64,000 bases of DNA, taken from the NCBI RefSeq assembly GCF_902459465.1, contig NC_047072.1, positions 15,103,776 through 15,167,775 on the forward strand. Reading direction: 5' to 3'. The translations under genes and the position numbers were made by a program. This stretch comes from Asterias rubens. Taxonomy: Eukaryota. This document shows, piece after piece, positions 15,101 to 27,226 of the stretch (position 1 is the first letter of the stretch; every line of letters begins with the position of its first letter). The notes below the pieces were generated by a model. It worked only from the letters and a program-made list of their open reading frames with translations. It had not been told where the DNA came from and ran no database searches.

Positions 15101-15824
15101 ACATTCTTTTTCACCAACGAACTGCTGACGAACGACTGTTATGCCGATTCTTGTATTTTTAACGGTGGACTTACATAGCGCCCTCTACGAGTAAAGTAAG
15201 CTCAACAGTTAGATATGTATGTTTTAAAAGGTAACTGTTAGCTGCGATCTTGCTTTTAATTACCTACGTAAACCTACGTTGTTGACATCTAGAGGATCGC
15301 GGTACTAATTACCTTTTAGTAGCAGCAAGTGGAATAGATTCTGCCAACGGTGTCTCAAATGGCGCCCTCTTGAGTAAACGTTGAGCCACGTTATAACTGT
15401 TGTATCTCTACGCCAGTGAACCGAAAGAAAATAAAAGTTAAAATTAAATGACTCATTGTGACAAATTAGCAGATATTTTTTGTAAAGATATAAAACATGA
15501 TATTTTTAAAGCATTACGTACATTGGCAACTATTAAATGAAATCAACCACTACCGGACTACACTTTTTCAACCATGCATGGATCACTTCCTAAAATTAGT
15601 GGTGATGAGGCGATCAGAGACATCCATAAAAACCATAGACTTGTTTTCGTACGAAACAGTTTGATTATCTCCTTAAAATTTCTCTAAAATGAGGTATGTG
15701 CTCATTAAAATATCACCAAATGATACGTTTTATATGTGGTTGTGTAATTGTCAATCGTCACAGGTTTCTCGTCGCTTACTTGTGCCATTCAGCTTTCGCT
15801 GACTGATCTGAACACCAACTGGCA

Positions 15825-15923
15825 ATGGCAACCTCAAACTACCTTCTTTTATTTCTACTACTACTAGGCCTACAACTTCTAATGTTATTCTTTAATGTTT
15901 GTCAATTTCATCTTTGTATTTTG
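15825..15923 (+). other. candidate signal-peptide ORF upstream of the nAChR exon (MATSNYLLLFLLLLGLQLLMLFF...); the splice to the next exon is not resolvable
   Basis: The ATG at 15825 is followed by a strongly hydrophobic run typical of a signal peptide, in the same frame as the downstream exon. It is terminated by TAA at 15924-15926, and no canonical phase-compatible GT donor leaves an intron of 60 bp or more before the acceptor at 15942. Confidence 0.25.
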
Positions 15924-15942
15924 TAACCATTAATCTGTTCAG

Positions 15943-16094
15943 GTGGAGCCCCATTTCTAGGAGATGAGCAGCGTTTATATCAGCGACTGTTTCTAAAGAA
16001 ACCCTACTACAACAGCCAGCTGCGACCTCTGAAGAATAACTCGGATCAAGTCGTCGTACAGTTCACCATGTTGATCAAGCAGATTGTTGACATT
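15943..16094 (+). CDS. nicotinic acetylcholine receptor (Cys-loop) alpha-like subunit, exon encoding the start of the extracellular domain; the upstream signal-peptide exon is unresolved
   Basis: Acceptor ttcag|GT at 15940-15942. Translation GAPFLGDEQRLYQRLFLKKPYYNSQLRPLKNNSDQVVVQFTMLIKQIVDI aligns to the nAChR N-terminal helix and first beta-strands (EERLLKKLF...VRFGLSIAQLIDV). Donor ATT|gtaagt at 16095. The exon starts in phase 1. Confidence 0.8.
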
Positions 16095-16700
16095 GTAAGT
16101 TGTATTTTCAACATCAGTTTATAAAACGAAATTAAGTAGACTGACATTCCAAGGAAAGACAATTTCTCTTTGTTTCAATGTTGTGGAGCACTGTCTACAA
16201 ATCCCGGCCATATCTCGCTGGGCCTTCGCACCACGGCGCGATGCCCCCTTTCGTTCAATGTTGACTCTCTCTGTGAGGTTCGTCACTGTGCAGTGTCTGT
16301 GTGCCATCAATATGGGGAAAGAATGTTTATAGTCATGTTGCGAGTGGGTGGCCCAAGCATTTTGGCCGGGATTGTAGTAGGCACTCATCACGTAGTCATT
16401 ATACATATTCTGACCCTAAAGAAGTGAGAGTAAAAGAGTAGACGATTTCTGAGAAAATGTCAATCATATTAATTTAATTATTTTTAGTGTTAAATATTGT
16501 TTCAGTTATGTGAATTGCTTTTTACAATTTACTGTCACTGTTGGGTCACTGTATCCTAGAATCGAGGACCAACAATGTTATCGTTAAATCAAAGAGAGGT
16601 AAGACTTTATACGCTTTTATTAAACCTTACTTAAGGTATTGGTCTAAATGATGGAAACATTAATAGCATGATTTTTGATTTTCATAAATTCTTTAAACAG

Positions 16701-16855
16701 GACGAGCGGAATCAGATAATGAAGATGAACATCATACTACAGCAGAATTGGAGAGATCACTGGCTACATTGGGATCCTGATGACTATGGAGGATTGATGG
16801 AGTTAAGAGTCCCTGCTTATGATGTCTGGCTCCCAGACACAACACTTTATGACAC
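16701..16855 (+). CDS. nAChR alpha-like subunit, extracellular domain exon
   Basis: Acceptor aaacag|GAC. DERNQIMKMNIILQQNWRDHWLHWDPDDYGGLMELRVPAYDVWLPDTTLYD matches the conserved W-x-D-x-x-L-x-W-(D/N)-P-x-DYGG...R(V/I)P...W-x-PD-x-x-LYN block. Donor AC|gtacgc. Confidence 0.8.
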
Positions 16856-17463
16856 GTACGCTTTGTTTATTACACTTTCTAGTTCCAGGATGGTGACAAG
16901 CAGAAGTTACCAGGTTTTGGTCTTTCACAGATTTGTGGTGTAGAAAAAAGGTGTATTCCTGATGAATAAAGAAGCCCTACTACACTACCCCCAAAAAAGA
17001 AATCAAATGAGTAAATGTTGGAGCTAATGTACCCAAAGCCACACCCTCCTGAAGCTGTAACTGTGTACTTGATATTAATGATAGTCACTCCAACACTACT
17101 CTAAGCAAATGAATAAAATACTTGTTAATACTTGTTGATTTGCAACCAATTGTTTTCTTACAATTAAATTGTAAACTTTTGATCACATTATCATAATTCT
17201 TGAAAACTTTCCAGACCTGTAATATTCAAAAGGTGACGGATTTGAGTTTCCACCGAAAGTTTACAGTTATATACATTTTCAAGTGTTGTAATCAAAAATT
17301 TACCATAAAATTGTATCCAATTTATACCAACTCAGATGAAGTTTCAATTTTTTTTCCTCATTTTAAAGCGGCAAGGAACTGTTTGGGTTGATTTGGAAAA
17401 AACCCTGATCAAACCAAACTTTAAAATGGTTTTTAAAAGCATCACTGTTATTTATTATTGCAG

Positions 17464-18011
17464 AGCGGACACAAACTCGGCCTATGCTGGCATCACAGGC
17501 ACAAATGTTGTACTGAGACATGATGGATTAGTGCAGATGAAAACCAAACCTTACATACAACGTAGCACATGCCACATCAAGATTCGCTTCTTTCCTTTCG
17601 ATGAACAGAAATGCCAACTGAAATTTGGGCTGTGGACATATGACTGGAATCATGTAGATCTACAAAACTCAACAGCAGGACCAGACAAATCGCTGTATTT
17701 AGAGAATGAGCAATGGGACTTGATGTATTCATGTTTCAAGAGGAATCTTGAGAGCTACATATGTTGCCCAACTAAGTATGTGGATGTGACGCTTTTCGTT
17801 GGCATACGCAGGAAGCCTCTGTACTACATGTACAAGTTGGTGATGCCGATTGTTCTACTCTCTGCATTGTCTATGGTGGGTTTCCTGATGCCTTATAATG
17901 TGGGTGTGGTCAAGGCAAACCTCAGCATCACTCTTATCTTGTCAATGACTGTCTTCCTACTTCTGGTGGCTGAGACTATTCCTAAGACATCAGAAGGACT
18001 TCCACTTATCA
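17464..18011 (+). CDS. nAChR alpha-like subunit, exon with Cys-loop, loop C and TM1-TM2
   Basis: The Cys-loop CHIKIRFFPFDEQKC has 13 residues between the cysteines and the FPFD signature. Vicinal cysteines YICC in loop C are the alpha-subunit hallmark. M1 is PLYYMYKLVMPIVLLSALSMVGFLMP and M2 is KANLSITLILSMTVFLLLVAETIP. It matches the ORF-track ORF 17336-18133. Acceptor tgcag|A at 17461-17463; donor A|gtaagt at 18012. Confidence 0.85.
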
Positions 18012-18338
18012 GTAAGTATTCGTCTCGTTTGGATTCATTGGAGATGTCTCAGACATTTTGTACTTGTAATGTCACAGTAACATTACAACGCACTAACTTC
18101 ACAGTCCTTTTTACAATCAAACCCCTCAGGTGAATACAGTTTAGTAGCTTTTTGTCCCCCGAGAGATAAACTTACATAAACACTTAACAATCATTCCTAA
18201 ACCTTTGATAGCTGAAGTGTGACCTTGCAGGAACAATCATGTTGCAGCTGTGTTCCTTTCACTCATCCTCCACCTCACAATCTAATATGTTCCCATCACA
18301 TTGACATTTTAATCTTATTTGCACATCATCAACTACAG

Positions 18339-18594
18339 GTGAATACTACCTAAGCATCATGTTCCTCATAGCAATCTCAACAGCGATGAACATCACAGTT
18401 CTAAACATTTTCCACCGTGGGGAGGATGGTAGTGTTGAGGTGCCTCAATGGCTCCGAACGTTGGTGCTCAAGTACATGGCTAGGATCATGTGTATGGATT
18501 GTAAGGGTGAATATTTCCTGACCAGACCCAATGAGCCCAAGATTGACCAAGCACGACTGGCAATGCTCAGGAAACAAAGATGGTTCAATGCAAG
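18339..18594 (+). CDS. nAChR alpha-like subunit, TM3 and the start of the cytoplasmic loop
   Basis: Acceptor ctacag|GT at 18336-18338. EYYLSIMFLIAISTAMNITVLNIFHR is TM3, followed by HRGEDGSVEVPQWLRTLVLKYMARIMCMD. Donor AAG|gtgaac at 18595. The phase is consistent with the neighbouring exons. Confidence 0.8.
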
Positions 18595-18865
18595 GTGAAC
18601 AGGAGTTGATTCATTCTTAAAAAAATGGAGACTCAATGAAAGTGGGAAAGCCCCTCCAAGTCTACTTTCATGTTTCAAGTTTCAACATGTTCACTTATTT
18701 AGTGGAACTTCCCTAATGCCAAACAATTATGCAGTTATTTTTCATAGAATCACAGGGATTGTAAGCAGTATTATATTGGGTCATCGTGTGCAAGATGTAG
18801 AGATTAATTTCAGAACATTAGTTTGGGAAACCATAGTCAAACTGTTCTTTTTTATCTTCACATTT

Positions 18866-18891
18866 TCAATTCAATTCAATTCAATTCAATT
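18866..18891. repeat. (TTCAA)n microsatellite in an nAChR intron
   Basis: ttcaattcaattcaattcaattcaat. Confidence 0.8.
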
Positions 18892-19306
18892 TTTATTGGT
18901 CCTACCATGGAGGAAATTCAGTTTGAATACATGCAATTTGAACCTGACATTAATCACAAATTTGACAAGTTCAACGACTACACATTGTGATCATTGGTAA
19001 ATTGGAAATATTTTCATAATCATAGTGTACAAGTCTACTTCGGAATACAACATTCATTTCATTCTCAGAGATGTCAACATTAATTGCATCTTGCAATCAA
19101 TGAGATCTTGTGTAGCAATCAAGGAGATATTGATGGTTCAACATAACTGGGAAAACATTCCCACATCAGATCAGGGAGGATTTTCATAAGATAAGTTAAT
19201 TTCCAAAGTACTCTCTGGGTGAGTTGGCAGATCTGTATACACTGCAGAAATGGCTTAACATTTTGAATGATAAAAACTTACCTCATTTCATTTGCTACTT
19301 GCTCAG

Positions 19307-19697
19307 GTATGGCACATCGTATACACCGCTAATTCAAGACTCATCGAGGATGAATAATGATGGCATGCAAGGAGGCTGCAGTAATGGCCACAATGCACAA
19401 GCTGAGTTAGACCACTTTGTTGAGAATCTTGGAGAATCTGACAACATAAGACTAACCAAGATGGAATCCAACGTCTATGGAATCCTCAGACAGATCCGTT
19501 CAGTGCAGAAAAAGAGTGACCGCACAGGCAGAGTGCATAGAGAATGGGCCTTGGTGGCCACAGTAACTGACCGCTTGCTGTTCTACATCTATGCCTGCTT
19601 TACAGTTGCAATGTCTGTCATAATCTTACTAGTCAACCCAACTTTAGACGTCCATGATGGAGCTGTATGCGGTACCACAGAAAGTGAGGCAGCATAA
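19307..19697 (+). CDS. nAChR alpha-like subunit, cytoplasmic loop, TM4 and stop
   Basis: Acceptor gctcag|G at 19304-19306. It contains the amphipathic pre-M4 segment and M4 (ALVATVTDRLLFYIYACFTVAMSVIILLV). The TAA stop is at 19695-19697 (ORF 19224-19697). Confidence 0.8.
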
Positions 19698-22264
19698 CTT
19701 AAGTTTTAAACATACACAAATACATGTACACCCATATCAATGTTGTAGCCCTGGAAATAATTCACTTGGGCCTTTGTTATAACATGGATACCTAATTGGT
19801 TCAACTGTAGTCTGGATAGTCTACACTTAACAGTTTACAATTGTCCAGGTCAAATCAATTTTGGGGCCCAATTTATGTAAAAGATGACCAACTTCAAACT
19901 CGACTTCTGTATTACAGCAAACCCTGGTACTTTTTTAATTGGCTATAAATGCAATGCATCTTTACAACAAATCTTCTTTGGAAGAAAGTCTTCAAGACCT
20001 TATGGTTGGTAAAATGTCAATCAAGCTTTTGATTCAAGATGACATGCTTAAATTCACTGCATCAAAGTCAGACAAGGAATTCACTGCTGAATTTTATGAG
20101 AACTGAAAAAGTTAAACTTGCATCCCAATTGGGAGGTCGACCCAATATGCCATTTAGTGGAATCATAAATCTTGCTTGGCTACTTTTTGTGTTTAAGAAA
20201 ATATAGCTGAACAGTTCTCTACTTAGCAAGAATATAAGCACGAAACCAATCACAAAAGGTACATATCTTATTATGGCAAGCACATTTGCATTGTGCTTAG
20301 CTACTTTTTGTGCGTAAACAGCTCTATGCATTGGGCCCTGATTATTATTCATATAATTAGCATTCCAATAACAGGCGTTTAATGAAGATGTAAGATTGTG
20401 GTGGTAATGTCAAACCTGGTTCTATGAGTTTTTAATCTTTTAACTTTATATTTATGTCTTAGTTTCTTTACAGTGTTCCACATATACATGAACATTTTAA
20501 CAAAAATGTTTATTAATTTGTAAACAAAGGGTGGATTTTATGTAATTGCTTTGCAGAGTTGTCAGTTACATTGCTTAACCGTCTTTCAATTTTCAGGGGT
20601 GAAAACCATTTTAGTTTACAATTTGTATATTTTTTATAAATTTGAAAGAAAGAAAAACTCCCACCATTTATGCAAGCCCTGTAAGGCTCTTGCATTTTGT
20701 AAATAATGTATAATTTCAATAAATATCTGTAATCTGCGTGTAAGGATTTATGTACTCAAACTACTAAGAAAATCACATAATGAAGCTATTTTAATAGAGT
20801 GGAAGTAACAACTTGAAGCATTAATTGTTGTGTACAAACATTCCACTTGATCATCAACCAAGTTCATCTTTGAGTTTGTGTTTTAGTTTTAATTACTTTT
20901 GGTGCAAGTTTTGGATCACAGTGAAATGATGTTCCTTGATCATTCTTACCAAACTATTTACTACTGGCACAGTCGGTGGTTTGTTTTGTGTTTTTTATCT
21001 CACAATCTTGACATAATTTTAGATTGACTTCACATATTGTTTTTGTGTCCAATAGGCAAATGGCCTTACCTAAAATGAAAAATGGCTCAGCATTATTTTG
21101 ATGGCTACATATTTAATAACAGAAAACACCAATGTCAATCCTTTGTCTTTTTGTTTTCAGGTACAGCATTGGTTATGTAGATAGAAAAAATGCAACTTTA
21201 ACAGCGAAAATGTGGCGTATTGATACTTTTCTTCCCCATGCCCCCAGAGTCAATCTCATGTTTGCCGAGGGAGTTTTCGTTTTGGGTGACGGATGGTTCT
21301 GCAATAGTAAAAATGTACACCACCACCGTCCGCTGTATCAAGTATCCATTCTACGGACAACCCATTGATTTTTCAGGCTGATGAACTTTTAGTTGATCAC
21401 ATGAGCAAGTTCAGTATGCGGACTGCGCATGTATGAATATTTATCAGTATGTTGAAACACCAAACGTCAGTTTTAAGCAAAACGTAGAATCATTCCAGGT
21501 ACTGTCATAGAAATTGACGGGCGACTGTCCTCAAAGTTGACGCATGCGCCGATAACTCAATGTGTAGTTTTCACCGTCGTAGAACCATCCATCATCCACA
21601 AACTCCCTAATCACAAACAGGAGACCATTGTGGTGAAGGGAGGGGGGGGGGCGGAAAGGCAGACTAAGATAAATCACCTGGGGCAGTGGGTTAAAGGAAC
21701 ACGTTGCCTTGGATCAGTCGTTGAAAAGCGTATGTAACTGTTTGTTATAGAATGCATATACATGTACATGTAATTAGAAAGATATTTTAAAAGTGGAATA
21801 TAATGATTCACACAAGTATCACTCCAAATTGCGTGGTTTTCCGTTTACCTCGTCGACAAACATGGTCGGCCATTTATGGGAGTCAATTTTTTTACTCAAA
21901 TGGCCGACCATGTTAGTTCGCAACTGTGTGTGGATCATTGCATTCTACTTTAACATCTTTCTACCCATATGCAATTTATAACAAACGGTTACAAATGCTT
22001 TTCATAGACCAACTCGACCGATCCAAGGCAACATGTTCATAACCTGTAACATTTCTGCTTCCAAAGGTCCTATGCTGTACCTTCCTTTAAACATTATGTT
22101 TCTCCCTAGTTGACTATCACTGTGTCGTGAACATAAATGCACAACGTAAACTGTAACAAATTTAAATTTCCAGCAAGTATTTGTTTCAGTAAGTAAATAA
22201 AAAATGCCTTTGCTTTTATTAAATGATACCAGAGTGTTGCTTACATTTGTTATAGATTATATTT

Positions 22265-22644
22265 AAAGACACTGGACACTATTAGTAATTGTTAAAGACC
22301 AGTCTTCTCACTTGCTGTATCTCAACATATGCATAAAATAACAAACCTGTGAAAATTTGAGCTCAATCAGTCATTGATGTTGCGAGATAATAATGAAAGA
22401 AAAAACACCCTTGTCACACGAAGTTGTGTGCTTTCAGATGCTTGATTCCGAGACCTCAAATTCTAAATCCGAGGTATAGAAATCAAATTCGTGGAAAATT
22501 ACTTCTTTCTCGAAAACTATGGCACTTCAGAGGGAGCCGTTTCTCACAATACTATCAACAGCTTCCCATTACTCATTACCACAAAGTAAGTTTTTATGCT
22601 AATTAATATTTTGAGTAATTACCAATAGTGTCCACTGCCTTTAA
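22265..22644 (+). mobile_element. MITE copy 1 (about 380 bp; TIR AAAGGCAGTGGACACTATTGGTAAT; internal palindrome gatttcgagacctcaaatt...aatttgaggtctcgaaatc)
   Basis: It starts aaagacactggacactattagtaat and ends attaccaatagtgtccactgcctttaa. It lies in an RPL24-downstream or intergenic position. The orientation label is arbitrary. Confidence 0.8.
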
Positions 22645-22878
22645 ACCCCAAAATGAAACACAGCCTGATACTTCACAGAGAGGCTAACTGAGCCAAACTG
22701 CCTTGATGCCCCTAGAACTTTACATTTCACAGAAGAGCACTTAACGATGTTGAACTGCCTTGATATTTACCAGAATGAGTATCAGGTCGGCCAACAACCT
22801 AATCCTTAAATTAAGAAAAAGACAAGAAAGAAACTTGATGACACCATCTTTGTCAGTATTTCAACCGTGAACTGGCTT

Positions 22879-22884
22879 TTTATT
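22879..22884 (-). terminator. RPL24: putative RPL24 polyadenylation signal (AATAAA on the minus strand)
   Basis: The plus-strand sequence tttatt lies about 120 nt downstream of the RPL24 stop. Confidence 0.4.
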
Positions 22885-23002
22885 CATATTTGTACACAAC
22901 CAAGAATGAATAAGAAGTAATTATGAGCTTCTTGAGTGAAGGGAGACGAGTTTACCAGGATTTGATATTGATGACTAGTGAATGATTATCGGATGTTAAA
23001 GT

Positions 23003-23077
23003 TTATCTTTTGCCAGAGACACGTGGCGCTTTGACCTTGGGCATCTGGGCTGCCTTTTGCTTCACTGGCTTGGCCGT
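23003..23077 (-). CDS. RPL24: ribosomal protein L24, last exon with stop
   Basis: Acceptor ttttcacag|ACG. TAKPVKQKAAQMPKVKAPRVSGKR, then TAA at 23003-23005, compared with the human C-terminus KIVKPVKVSAPRVGGKR. Confidence 0.85.
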   Translation of the reverse strand, partial: TAKPVKQKAAQMPKVKAPRVSGKR

Positions 23078-24807
23078 CTGTGAAAAAGAAAAGAAAGTAT
23101 AGTGTCATAACAAGGAAAATCCAAACAAGCATAAAAATACAGGGTAACATTAACAGAACAGTCAAAATAAGGAAACTATTGTAATGGAACATGTGCAACC
23201 AAGGGGAAATAAACCAACCCAACAAGCTCTGCCTGTTAGTGCAATAAATCACTGCAAAACAAAAAGTATGTGGTAAAAAGCATTTTATACTTGATCCCTC
23301 GTGCAAATTGTTACAATCTCTTTAAAAGTCCCAAACATTGCAAAATGCAAAGAAGTTTTGATGATTGCTGTCTTGTGCATTTTGTTTGTGACATGATGTA
23401 TATGTGTTCAACCCTAAAATGGTCACATGAATATACAATGTAGGCGGAGCTTTATGGATAGGTTTATTGTTAGCGCTGTTAAGCACATGAATGGCACATC
23501 AATGGCACAAGCACAAAAATGGTTTTGATTATAACGAACGGTTAACCAGCCAAAACGAGAAAAAAAAATTAAAGACCTGCTTGAACGAAAATGTCAAATC
23601 ATGAACGAAAATGTCAAGTCATGAACTTTGCTGAATTCCACTTAAAATGTTTTTGATGAATAAGGAAATCGAGTCATATGATTATAAATAGGTTTCAATT
23701 GTGTAAAAAAACAATCATTTTGTATGCCCTTGTTCAGAGCTTTTCTGCGAGATTTGCGAAAAGCCCCGTTATGTAATCACTCTCAAAACGTCATAAGTAG
23801 ATAAAGCCGCTTTGTTGCAGCATGGATGTATAACAAAGCAAACTCCCACAAATGACGTCAGCGGCATTGTCCTTTGACGCCCGCTCTCAACGGCAGAAGT
23901 GTTTTTAGTTTTTCAAAAAACCTTTAGGTAGGGGCCTGATTTTTTACTCGATAATTACGAAAAGTTCAGAAGTGTACACATATCAAAATTACATTAAAAT
24001 GGTGAACAAGTGCATTATAAACAAGTAAAATCACCATTTCTGTTGAAAACATTCCGCTCAGGTAGCTGTTTAAATGTGCAGTTTGTGACTGTCCCCTGCT
24101 TATTTACGCATAGTTGGCATTCTCCACTAAGCAGCAACGGATTGTCCCCCTTGACAAAAATGGGGGTTGTGCATGTGTTCAACAATTCAGGGCCAGTTAC
24201 GTAGAGCTGCCTAAGCCCAAAGTGCCCAAGCACAACAAAATGATGCTTTACAGAAAAAAAATTACAGTAATTATCAACCAAACATTATTCTACATCTAAA
24301 ATCTATTACTGGTATCGTGCTTATGTTTGCTTGGTATAATTTGTGCAAGTAATAGTTGATGCTAAGCAGCTCTTTGAAACTGTGCCCTGGATAACCTTGG
24401 CTACCAAAGTAAGCTTATTCTAAAAGTTCATTGCTTTGAAGTGTGAAAGAAAAAGTCCACACAGGTATTCAGAGTTAAAAAACACTCAAGACCTACACAA
24501 CAGTCCATTATTTTAAGGGATACTGTGCTAGCCCTGAGCTTGAGCAATTTAAGTCAAAATAATAAAAACGATAAAAGAAAAACAGATGGATCTTCTGCAC
24601 ATAAAAGCAGCCTTGATACTTCACTAAGCAACTGCCTCCATGCCCCTAATCATTGCCTAGGTGTAGGGGTATAAATTAACAGTGGCCCCGCTGGCCCAGA
24701 CAAATGATGGGACAGTGAAAACAAATTATCTTCCTAAAAATATCGCTGAATCCTTCTGGACTGTCCAGCAAGCTACATGTCCGATGAGATTTTTATGGTT
24801 AGGATTT

Positions 24808-25193
24808 AAAGGCAGTGGACACTATTGGTAATAACTCAAAATAATTATTAGCATAAAACCTTTCTTGGTGACGAGTAATGGGGAGAGATTGATGGTATAA
24901 AACGTTGTGAGAAACGGCTCCCTCTGAAGTGCCATAGTTATTGAGAAAGAAGTAATTTTCCACGAATTTGATTTCAAGACCTCAGATTTAGAAATTGAGG
25001 TCTCAAAATCAACCATCTAAACGCACACAATTTCGTGTGACATGGGTGTTTTTTTTATTTCACTTTTATCTCGCAAGTTCGACGACTGATTGAGCTCAAA
25101 TTTTCACAGGTTTGTTATTTTAAGCATATGTTGAGATACACCAACTGTGAAGGCTAGTCTTTGACAATTACCAATAGTGTCCACTGCCTTTAA
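24808..25193 (-). mobile_element. MITE copy 2 (full length, inverted relative to copy 1), inside RPL24 intron 4
   Basis: aaaggcagtggacactattggtaat ... attaccaatagtgtccactgcctttaa. Confidence 0.8.
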
Positions 25194-25273
25194 CCGTTAC
25201 AAAAAAATACCCCAAAGTGCCGCAAAATGCATACCCTATTGCGATCATGATGTACACAGTTCTTTGAACTTAC

Positions 25274-25331
25274 CTTCTGTTGTGATGCTTTCTTTGAAGC
25301 ACTGTTTGCCTTCGCCTTCTCCTTTGCAGCT
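25274..25331 (-). CDS. RPL24: ribosomal protein L24, exon 4
   Basis: Acceptor aacag|A; donor CAGAAG|gtaagt. (K)AAKEKAKANSASKKASQQK matches the RPL24 K/A-rich tail (RAAKEAKKAKQASKK). Confidence 0.85.
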
Positions 25332-26978
25332 CTGTTAAGTTAACATTAGAAGAAGAAAAAAATCATGTTTAAAATAAATCATCAGGAAATGTCTGGCAAA
25401 TGAACACAATACAAATAAGACAATAGACATTTTTTAGAATTGTTGTCCATGTGGTGAGAAGTATCAGTTAAGTATCAGTTAAGTTTAATACCTAAAAAAT
25501 TGATGTTGGACTAGACAGACCATTAACCACACTCAAGTTGGAAGGTACACACTAACAGCTTTGTCAATTTAGTATTTCAATAATCGCAGAGTCAGTCATT
25601 CATTTTTGTGCGCATTAATGAACAGAGTTGACTGCACCCCAATAGTACACTACTACTGGGTCTCCTCCTCCATTTGACCTTTAACACCCAACACCCAACT
25701 CCCCACCAACCAAGGGCGTCGATCGCTATTCATTACCTTTACGTTTAGATGCTGTGTTACACGTCTTCCCTACTTTTTGTTTGACAAGGAGGCGAGTTAC
25801 AGGGGGTGATAATTAACAATAACATCATCCGATGGAGTTTGGGAACTTGTTTCCCTCATGTAAAACCGAGATTCTATCAAATTCAAACATCGTATGCACA
25901 GTCTTTTTTAATTGTAACAACATCGCAAAAGATTATTGGGTAAAATTTCAAGAATTCTTTATGTTTTTGTTTCCTTTCTTTTTCTTTTATTTTAAGATAT
26001 TTTACCTTCAAATTTACTACATTTTTTTACCGCGTGTACAATGTATCAGTTGGCCTGAGCCAAAATTCCCGTCCGGCGCAATGGCTCAATGCAACAATCA
26101 ATGCTCTTTCACACCATTTAAAAACATTTTGATTTAAAGGGCCTTTGTATTTGCTATAGCTGTCTTTATTTAATATGTTTACTTGTATATACTGTTTTTG
26201 TGAACATTATTGTCTTTGAATCTTGGCCGAATAAATAGTATTTATAATAATAATAATGATCTTTAGAAGAGCTGACCGTGCAGTATGTTGTTCTTCTCGA
26301 AGCTTGGGGTCGAGTTTTGCACATTGACATCAGGTTGGATTCTTCAATTTAAGATTTTCAGAAGCAAGGTTGTGATTGGACACTCATGTTGTCTAAATTT
26401 ATCTGTGCTCTTCTTCTTGCAAAATCCCTTTGACACAAAAGCCTCATCTGAACAGTGGGCAAGCAGAGTAAGACTTTGTGGAGTAGCACTATTGGTTGGT
26501 TAATATCCATTTTGCTTCTTTGACAACTGAGCCCAAACTGCTCGGAGCTGCTCCTATGGATTTTACTGAATTTTGTGCCTTGTGTGATTGTAAAATAAAG
26601 GTAAAACATTCTGCATCGTGTACTGAAACTTATCGTCTATTGTCTGTATTAAAGAAACGGAAATAGGCCCCAAATACCATTCTGAGTGTGGTCCATCAGA
26701 ACCATGATCAGAATAAAGATGAAATTGAAGAAGACATTTCACCGTTTGTCCGCAATTCTTTTATTTGAACAAACAGTGTAATAATATCAAGAAAATTATG
26801 TATATTTTATACTTTATTGCACATTTTCTAATGACAGTCAATCAAAAAGTGGGGGGGGGGGGACATCTGATATGCTGTCCCCCCCAGTCTGAAAAGTACC
26901 GCACCCATTGACGCCCTTGCCACCAACACTCCCCATCACCACTCCCCACCAACACCCCCTCAGTTCCTATGTACTTAC

Positions 26979-27226
26979 TTGATGGCTTGCTCCCTCTGAG
27001 CCTTGCGCACCTCAGGCTTCTGGTTTCTCTTTGCATTGATCTGCTCCAGGGAGACACCAACGATGGCACGATGAAACTTTGTGGCACGTCTCGTCCTCTT
27101 CTTGGAAACCTCTTCTTGAGTTCCCTTCTTGTGTTTACGACGGTAGAGGACTGTCCAGTTGATCTTCCTGGGGTTTTTCTTCATCATGAATGAAGCCAGG
27201 CATTTGTTGCTGACAAAGCTGAACAC
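26979..27226 (-). CDS. RPL24: ribosomal protein L24, exon 3
   Basis: [82 protein letters not shown] aligns to human [85 protein letters not shown]-track ORF 26975-27268. Confidence 0.95.

Noticed and set aside
14845-15162. An ORF with a hydrophobic stretch (MYFLPVVHTFYSLLLFFLYVIMMF...) as a possible nAChR signal-peptide exon.
   Set aside because: No phase-compatible donor was found and hydrophobic ORFs are common in AT-rich sequence. The 15825 ORF, which is in frame with and adjacent to the downstream exon, is a better but still unresolved candidate.
16856-16943. Extension of nAChR exon 2 through ...TYALFITLSSSRMVTSRSYQVLVFHRFVV (ORF 16668-16943) to a later donor.
   Set aside because: The extended peptide has no similarity to receptor sequence. 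Splicing at AC|gtacgc to the acceptor at 17463 restores the conserved LYD-(T)-ADxxxA...HDG.VQ alignment.
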